From Chthonomonadales bacterium (GTDB taxonomy: Bacteria > Armatimonadota > Chthonomonadetes > Chthonomonadales > Chthonomonadaceae), in assembly GCA_038217285.1 (NCBI GenBank), contig JBBQPO010000198.1:1-11730 (forward strand): DNA of 11,730 nucleotides, read 5' to 3'. Numbering within the stretch: position 1 is the first letter of the stretch; each line of letters begins with the position of its first letter. The translations under genes and the position numbers were made by a program. Of the stretch, positions 6,102 through 11,730 are shown one piece after another. The notes under the pieces are model-generated. The model had not been told where the DNA came from and did no database searches. It worked only from the letters and a program-made list of their open reading frames with translations.

Positions 6102-6685
6102 AACCCCATGTCCATCGCGGCGGAGCCATGCTGCAACTGGTCTTCTCCTCTTTTCTAAGTCTGTTCGTCGGTTCGATGCTGCTGATGTTCATCCGCATCC
6201 ACATGGTATCGCGCCAGTTGGCAATGGATCAACACAGCGCCGAGCTGACGGCATGGCGGCCGATGCACCGGCTCGCGGACAACCTGCGCAAAGCGCAGCC
6301 GTATGGAGCCGGCAACCCAACGCTCACGGCGGCGACCGTCTCCTCCCTGACCCTGTACGATGACAGCCTCGGGAACACTTCCCGCTACTGGCTGGATACG
6401 ACCGCGCAGCCCTACATACTGAACCGAACGCGGGGAACCCAGACCCTGGCACTCGCGACCGGCCTGCAGGCGCTGACATTTACGTACTATGTCGCCACCG
6501 GAAAGACCCCGGCGCAGGGATCCTGCTGGGCCACCACCGCCAACCCGAACGCTCCGATCGTGGCCGAAATGCCCATGATCGTTGCGGTGGGAGTGACCAT
6601 CACAGTAGCAGTCGATGGCGGAACGCGAGACATGACGACGACGATACGACTGCGTAACGGCCCTCGGACCATATCCGGGCACTGA
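6098..6685 (+). CDS. Minor pilin, PilW/GspJ-like, with a degenerate prepilin motif (195 aa)
   Basis: ATGA overlap with the upstream gene and SD ggaggga. HRG|GAMLQLVFSSFLSLFVGSMLLMF hydrophobic helix; L...LRKA motif; C-terminal TTTIRLRN resembles PilW/GspJ-like ends; position fits. Confidence 0.6.
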   Translation: MKPHVHRGGAMLQLVFSSFLSLFVGSMLLMFIRIHMVSRQLAMDQHSAELTAWRPMHRLADNLRKAQPYGAGNPTLTAATVSSLTLYDDSLGNTSRYWLDTTAQPYILNRTRGTQTLALATGLQALTFTYYVATGKTPAQGSCWATTANPNAPIVAEMPMIVAVGVTITVAVDGGTRDMTTTIRLRNGPRTISGH

Positions 6686-6776
6686 CGCTCCGGGCTGCAA
6701 GCCCGACCAACCACTGTAAATGATGACCCATACCGCCTCCCTCAGAGGGTGTGCGGTACGACTGCAAAGGGGAGCT

Positions 6777-8426
6777 ATGAACCGAGCAACAAAAAAAGGC
6801 CGATCTATCCTCGGTATCGAGATAAATACGACGGAGATCCGTGTGGTGGAGATGGACGGTGCCTGGCCCGATCCTCGCATCCTCCGCGCCGATGTCGTCC
6901 CCACTCCTCTCGACTCGATGAATGGCGAAGAGATCTGCCGACCGGATCTGGTAGGACGCGCGTTGGGCACACTGCTGAGCCGCATGGGAGCGCGCACACG
7001 CAACGCCGTGATGAGCATCCCCTCCGGCGCGGTGGCGACGCGTGTGCTGGATATCCCTAATATTCCGGAAGCCGAGCTGCTTGCGGTCGTGCAGGGAGAG
7101 ATCACGCATCAGAACATCCTGCCGAACCCACAGGGAGAGTTCGACTACATGCGCCTCGATACAGGCGATCTGCGCGCCCAGGCGCGTCCGCGTCTGCTGC
7201 TGATGGCGTCGGAGGAGCGGATACTCTCCGGGTATCGCCAGACAGCCGCCCAGGCTGGCATTCATCTCCTTGGCCTGGAACCTGGTCTTGTCGCGATGTA
7301 CCGGGCCGCCTCCACCCTTTCGTATAGTCGTCCGCCCTGCCTCTGCCTGATGGTCGGCACCTCGGTCTCTGAAGTCGCCATTATGGATCAAGGACCGATC
7401 CGCGTCTATCGCCGTATCGATCTGGGCAGTCGTCAGATCATGTCGGAACTGGATGCCCTGCCCAAATTGAATACTACTTCCGACCCGGAAGTCGCCACAG
7501 CGCAAGCCGCTCGCTTCAACCTGGACGGTTCGCCGGCAGAGGAAGAGAAAGACGTATGGACCGCTTCTCGTACCCCGTCCGATACTTCGGATAATATGGC
7601 CGTAAACAGTTTGACCATCGAGCTGCAACGCTCTCTGGAGTTCTATCGGCGTGAGTATCCCAACGCCCCTGCGGTGAACAGTATCGTGATCGTCACGAGC
7701 TTTGCCGAGCTTGAGCCGCTGGCGGTCTGGCTGTCTCAGAAGCTGTATATCGCGGCGACTGTGGCGACCGTGCCCGCTTCGGCGGCCACCGACCTGGCGT
7801 TACGCTCCCGACTGGATGAGCCCACCGCACTGCGTTTTCTGCGCGCGAGCGGACTGGCCATGCAGGCACTGGGAAACCTACCGCTAGGGCTGCCGCAGTT
7901 CAATCTGATGGGCAACAAGAAAGAGAACCGCGCGCACGGCGCCATCGGCGCGCGCATGACGTTCGCCCTCGCCTTCTCCATTCTGGTGCTGCTGCTCGGC
8001 TCTATCAATATGTTCCGCGTCGGCCAGAAGGCAAACCATCTGGACCACGAACTGGAGCATGCCCTGGAAGATCGACAGGAGCTGCGTACATATCGCGGGA
8101 TGCCGCTGGATGAGGTGCGCAGGCAGAAGGATATTCTCAATATAATCCTGCCTGTCGGGGAGCCGTTACCGACTGTTGTCGATGCGATGGCGGAGGTGGT
8201 GCCGGCGGACGCTGCCCTCGGGGAGATCAGCCGGGAGAAACCAGGAATCCTGAATCTAAGCGGAGAGACGACCAATGATGCCGTCCTCGTTCAGTTTCTG
8301 GAGGCGCTGCGAAGGCTGCCGTCCTGCGTCAAAGTCTCTCTGGAATCGCTCAACCGCAGCAGCACAGTGGGCAAAGGCGATATATTACACTATCAGATCA
8401 CGGCCCAAATTCGGCCCATGCCCTGA
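6777..8426 (+). CDS. pilM: PilM-PilN fusion: actin-like PilM domain, TM helix, coiled coil, PilN periplasmic domain (549 aa)
   Basis: SD ggggag before ATG 6777. PilM-like motifs: ILGIEINTTEIRVVE, AVMSIPS, FDY, LLLMA, AGIHLLGLEP, RRIDLG, ELQRSLEFY. Then FNLM (like PilN INLL), one TM (FALAFSILVLLLGSI), and LNLSGET......VQFLEALRR typical of PilN. No stop between the parts. Confidence 0.82.
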   Translation: MNRATKKGRSILGIEINTTEIRVVEMDGAWPDPRILRADVVPTPLDSMNGEEICRPDLVGRALGTLLSRMGARTRNAVMSIPSGAVATRVLDIPNIPEAELLAVVQGEITHQNILPNPQGEFDYMRLDTGDLRAQARPRLLLMASEERILSGYRQTAAQAGIHLLGLEPGLVAMYRAASTLSYSRPPCLCLMVGTSVSEVAIMDQGPIRVYRRIDLGSRQIMSELDALPKLNTTSDPEVATAQAARFNLDGSPAEEEKDVWTASRTPSDTSDNMAVNSLTIELQRSLEFYRREYPNAPAVNSIVIVTSFAELEPLAVWLSQKLYIAATVATVPASAATDLALRSRLDEPTALRFLRASGLAMQALGNLPLGLPQFNLMGNKKENRAHGAIGARMTFALAFSILVLLLGSINMFRVGQKANHLDHELEHALEDRQELRTYRGMPLDEVRRQKDILNIILPVGEPLPTVVDAMAEVVPADAALGEISREKPGILNLSGETTNDAVLVQFLEALRRLPSCVKVSLESLNRSSTVGKGDILHYQITAQIRPMP

Positions 8427-8475
8427 ACCGGGGAACGGCGCGGCCTCCCATCCAGAGGGCCGCCGGGAGCAGAGA

Positions 8476-9048
8476 ATGAAAAAAACAGTCCTCTATCAAA
8501 TTAGTCTCTTTGCGATACCCATCGCCTGTATCGGTCTGACGACTGGCCTCAACGCCTATGAAGTGCGTCGAGCGCAGACGCTGGAGGCGAAACTAAAAAC
8601 CACAGAGCAGGAGATTCGGGAGGCGCACGAACTCATTACCGGGGTCGAGAAACGGGGCAAAGCCGGCTTTATCACCATCGTTCCCGACACGCCGCAGGAA
8701 CAGGTCACCTTTGTCAGTGGGCTGCGTGCCAATGCCGCGCAGTGTCATGTGCGCCTCACCCAGTGGGGAGCCTCCCCACCCCCGACCATTACGGTGCCGG
8801 AAGGGACCACCCAGAAGATGAAAGATGATCTCGCAAAAGTGACTCCTATCGCCAATGAGGTCAGTGTCTCCGGCACCTACGATCAGGTACGCAGTTTTCT
8901 TTATAGCCTGACGATACAGGAACGTTTGGTCACGCTGTCCTCTCTTAAATGGACACGGGCGACTGATCCGCCCTTGACGGCTCTGAATTTTCGGATAACA
9001 CGCTATGTAGGCTCCCTGGGTGCGGCAACGCCGCCGGCGAGCCAGTAA
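8476..9048 (+). CDS. pilO: PilO/GspM-like inner-membrane alignment protein (190 aa)
   Basis: ATG 8476 after gggag. N-terminal TM, coiled coil, and VSGTYDQVRSFLYSL..QERLVTLSSL matching the PilO G.Y...F...L...R.V motif. Directly follows pilMN. Confidence 0.72.
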   Translation: MKKTVLYQISLFAIPIACIGLTTGLNAYEVRRAQTLEAKLKTTEQEIREAHELITGVEKRGKAGFITIVPDTPQEQVTFVSGLRANAAQCHVRLTQWGASPPPTITVPEGTTQKMKDDLAKVTPIANEVSVSGTYDQVRSFLYSLTIQERLVTLSSLKWTRATDPPLTALNFRITRYVGSLGAATPPASQ

Positions 9049-9058
9049 AGGCACGATT

Positions 9059-10873
9059 ATGAAAACGGGACTGGCCTGTATAGGTCTGGCGACACTCTGC
9101 TACTTGCCCGCGACGGCCCAACATAAAACGCCGGCACCGCGCCCGGCGCCGCCCGCCGACAGCCGTACGCTCACAGCGGTACGCCTTCAGTTTGTCAACA
9201 CGGACGTCTCCGACGTCTTGCAGGCTATCAGCGTGAAGACGCACGCCAATATCGTCTATCCCGCTCTCCTCAAGCGGCCGGTCTCGCTGAATATCACGGC
9301 GGGGTCTATCGGGGAGGCGATCGGCTACGCCTCTTCGGCGGCAGGGTTGACCTGGAAACAGATTGGGCCGACCTTTGTTGTTGCTCCAGCCTCCGACATG
9401 AAACAGATGGTGGAATCGTTCGGACAGAGCGAGACCGTCGAGCGCAATGAAGTGCCGTTGGTGGATGCCATCGCGATGCTGACCGGAGCGCTGCCCTATC
9501 TGACGGTGCGGCCTGCAGGGCAGCAGTTGCTGCTGGTCGGCAGCCCTGAAGATATTACCCAGGCAAAGGCACTGCTGGCGCGGCAGGAGAAGCCTGCGCC
9601 AGCACTCCCTGCCGTCTCCGAAGTGATCAGCCTGCAGCACCTGGCGATCAAAGACGCCGCCACTATGATCCAGTCCATCTATCCCGGCCTTAAAGCCGAT
9701 GCGGTGGGCGGTGGGGAGAAGAATGGCGGCGCTATCGGGCTTTCTGGGCTCTCCACCCAGGTCGTCCCCGCCATCGCGATGCTGCGTAAACTGGACCAGG
9801 AAGCCTCCGGCAATCCACAGGCGCCTGTGCATCGGATCTATCCTATTCGCTATAGCAGCGCCGGGGTGTTGCGCACATTTCTGGAGCAGACCCTGCCCGG
9901 TGTCACCGCCGTAGCAGGCCCGGACCAGTACGCGCCTCCGTCGCCCACCTTCCACCCCCTTTCCGGTGCCATTTCTGGCAGCGTGGGCGGCGGCGGCGGC
10001 AGCTCTTCCGGAGGAGGGGGAGCGAGTGCCAGCGCATCTGGCGGAGAGACGACGGCCACAGGAACCAAAACCGCAGGTGGGCCGGATCGCGCGCGTCTGC
10101 TCGTCGTCAGCGGGCTGGAAAAAGATGTGGACGCCGCGCTTCACCTGCTGGAAGAGGTCGATCTCCCGCCCCGGCAGGTGGTGATCGAAGTCAAGGTGGT
10201 AGATATCTCCCCGGAACGCGCCCAGGATCTGGGCATCCGCTGGGACTGGTCTCCCCTGAACTTTCTGGAGTATCCGCCCCTGACAGGCCTGGTCCCCGGA
10301 GGCACCACGGCGCAGACGCCTTATACCAACCGTGGGAACAGGATTACCTCGTTCAGCAAGGTTCCCTTCGCCTTTCAGGCGATCCTGGCCGCGATGGTGA
10401 CGCACAAGGACGCGAAGATACTGGCGGATCCCAGCATTCAGGTCCTGGACAACGATGATGCGAACATCTTTATAGGCGACACGCTGCGCACTCAGGTCTC
10501 GCAGTCCGGCATCGCAGGCACGACCGTGCAGGTTTTCGAGTTTCCGGTCGGGATCATCCTGTTGGTTCGGCCCCGAGTCAATGTAGACGGACAGATCACC
10601 ATGCGGGTGCATCCGGTGGTAAGCACCATTACAGGCGTGGGTGCGGGCAACCTGCCACAGACAAGCACACGAGAGGCGGAAACGACGGTTCGGGTCAAAG
10701 ACGGCGAGACGGTCGTGATCGGCGGCCTGATCCGCGACGAAATGTCGAAAGTGGTTTCGGAGATTCCCTTTCTGTCCAAGCTGCCGCTCGTCGGGGAGTT
10801 GTTCCGCAACACATCGACCAGCCATCGCCACAGCGAGATCATGGTCTTCATCACGCCCAGGCTCGTGAAGTAA
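9059..10873 (+). CDS. Outer-membrane secretin (GspD/PilQ family, 604 aa)
   Basis: Signal peptide MKTGLACIGLATLCYLPATA-Q; N0-like LQFVNTDVSDVLQAIS; repeated N domains; core motifs QVVIEVKVVD, LGIRW, ILADPSI, VGIILLVRPRVN, VKDGETVVIGGLI, IPFLSKLPLVGELFR, EIMVFITPRLV. Confidence 0.95.
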   Translation: MKTGLACIGLATLCYLPATAQHKTPAPRPAPPADSRTLTAVRLQFVNTDVSDVLQAISVKTHANIVYPALLKRPVSLNITAGSIGEAIGYASSAAGLTWKQIGPTFVVAPASDMKQMVESFGQSETVERNEVPLVDAIAMLTGALPYLTVRPAGQQLLLVGSPEDITQAKALLARQEKPAPALPAVSEVISLQHLAIKDAATMIQSIYPGLKADAVGGGEKNGGAIGLSGLSTQVVPAIAMLRKLDQEASGNPQAPVHRIYPIRYSSAGVLRTFLEQTLPGVTAVAGPDQYAPPSPTFHPLSGAISGSVGGGGGSSSGGGGASASASGGETTATGTKTAGGPDRARLLVVSGLEKDVDAALHLLEEVDLPPRQVVIEVKVVDISPERAQDLGIRWDWSPLNFLEYPPLTGLVPGGTTAQTPYTNRGNRITSFSKVPFAFQAILAAMVTHKDAKILADPSIQVLDNDDANIFIGDTLRTQVSQSGIAGTTVQVFEFPVGIILLVRPRVNVDGQITMRVHPVVSTITGVGAGNLPQTSTREAETTVRVKDGETVVIGGLIRDEMSKVVSEIPFLSKLPLVGELFRNTSTSHRHSEIMVFITPRLVK

Positions 10874-10883
10874 GGAGGATACC

Positions 10884-11576
10884 ATGCAGATTCCTCCCGA
10901 AGAGCGCCCGAAGATCATTGCGCTGTCCGTGGGAATTGTGGTGGTGATCAGCATCTTTTGCACCATCGTAGTGCCCCGACTGATGCCGCACGGCCCGAAT
11001 GGGGGGCCCCCTGTAGCCTCGACCCCGGCTCCGACGACAGGGTCGCCCACGCCTGCACCGCCCTCCCCGACCGGAATATCGGCGCCTGCGGAGGCGGCTG
11101 CAGCAATACCCGGGCAGACGCCCGCTGCGAAGGCGACGGATCCGTTCTGGCGGCCTCTGGCCCTTTCTCTGCTGCCGCCGAAAATGACCGTCTCTACGGT
11201 GCGTAAGCCCGATTCAGGTCTTACCGCGACCTCGACGCCAGGCTTCCCTTCGAGTGCCGGGCATGGGAAGCTTGCGCCCATAGCGCCGCCCCCGCTGCCC
11301 GAAGTCGCACTGCAGGGAATCGTCCTGGATGACACGGCGATGGCGGTGCTGTCGGTCGGCGGTCAGGTACGGTTTATGAAGGCCGGGGAAGTTCTCGAGG
11401 GAGGCTGGGTTCTTTTTAGCATCCAGACCGCCACGGTCGTGCTGCGACAGGGCTCTCGCGAAGTCGTGCTGACATTAGGCCAGACGCTTCTCAAAGAGAC
11501 TCCGCAGGAGAACAAAAGTACGCGAGGAGTCGCCGAGACGCTGCCTCCTTTCCATAGCGTCACACTGCAACCGTGA
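10884..11576 (+). CDS. PilP/GspC(HR)-like membrane-anchored protein with a Pro-rich linker (230 aa)
   Basis: Perfect SD taaggagg overlapping the secretin stop. N-terminal TM, Pro/Thr/Ala-rich linker, DPF motif, and C-terminal LQGIV....AVL..GG....MKAGEVL..GW.L.SI....VVL resembling the PilP/GspC-HR beta domain. Confidence 0.62.
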   Translation: MQIPPEERPKIIALSVGIVVVISIFCTIVVPRLMPHGPNGGPPVASTPAPTTGSPTPAPPSPTGISAPAEAAAAIPGQTPAAKATDPFWRPLALSLLPPKMTVSTVRKPDSGLTATSTPGFPSSAGHGKLAPIAPPPLPEVALQGIVLDDTAMAVLSVGGQVRFMKAGEVLEGGWVLFSIQTATVVLRQGSREVVLTLGQTLLKETPQENKSTRGVAETLPPFHSVTLQP

Positions 11577-11646
11577 GCAAGTCGTCTCTACCCATTATTT
11601 CTGTTGTCCCACCGGGGAGCACAGGTGAGCAAGGAAGTACCGAACC

Positions 11647-11730
11647 ATGACTTCGCTGAGAACACAGGATCGAGCGGACAGTCTTTTTGAAGAGGCCGTT
11701 TTGACCACCAGGTCGAGAGTCGGCGCGGTC
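11647..11730 (+). CDS. Probable start of the next gene (3'-truncated): MTSLRTQDRADSLFEEAVLTTRSRVGAV...
   Basis: ATG 11647 follows aaggaag (11631-11637) and the frame is open for 28 codons to the window end. Too short to assign. Confidence 0.4.
   Translation, partial: MTSLRTQDRADSLFEEAVLTTRSRVGAV

Noticed and set aside
6791-6797. A7 tracts near the starts of pilMN (6791-6797) and pilO (8479-8485) as phase-variation sites
   Set aside because: Too short; explained by N-terminal Lys codons, and both frames are intact.
9986-10000. (GGC)5 run in the secretin as a contingency repeat
   Set aside because: Short, in frame, and part of the Gly/Ser-rich loop commonly seen in secretin N domains.
8945-11335. 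796-aa antisense ORF over the secretin and PilP-like genes
   Set aside because: Shadow frame expected from GC-rich codon bias on the sense strand; no recognisable motifs, and it overlaps well-supported genes.

Overview
GC-rich bacterial window carrying a single + strand type IV filament (type IV pilus / type II secretion-like) gene cluster. Order: 5'-truncated type IV pilin (<1-341); a 1017-aa secreted protein with 7 SBBP repeats and 5 FG-GAP/VCBS-like repeats (503-3556); a paralogous pilin (3794-4195); three minor pilins (PilX-, PilV- and PilW-like); a PilM-PilN fusion; PilO; a secretin; a membrane-anchored PilP/GspC-like protein; and the start of one more ORF at the right edge. No ATPase, PilC/GspF platform, prepilin peptidase or PilY1 is recognisable inside the window. 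Main points of interest: (i) the two pilins are 119/122 nt identical in their visible 5' parts but diverge in the head region, each is followed by the same hairpin, and together they bracket the propeller gene like a cassette; (ii) both pilins have a Cys3His set suggestive of a zinc site rather than a C-terminal disulfide; (iii) several assembly proteins have T2SS-like architecture within a T4P-like gene order. All family calls come from motif recognition by eye; no database search was run.
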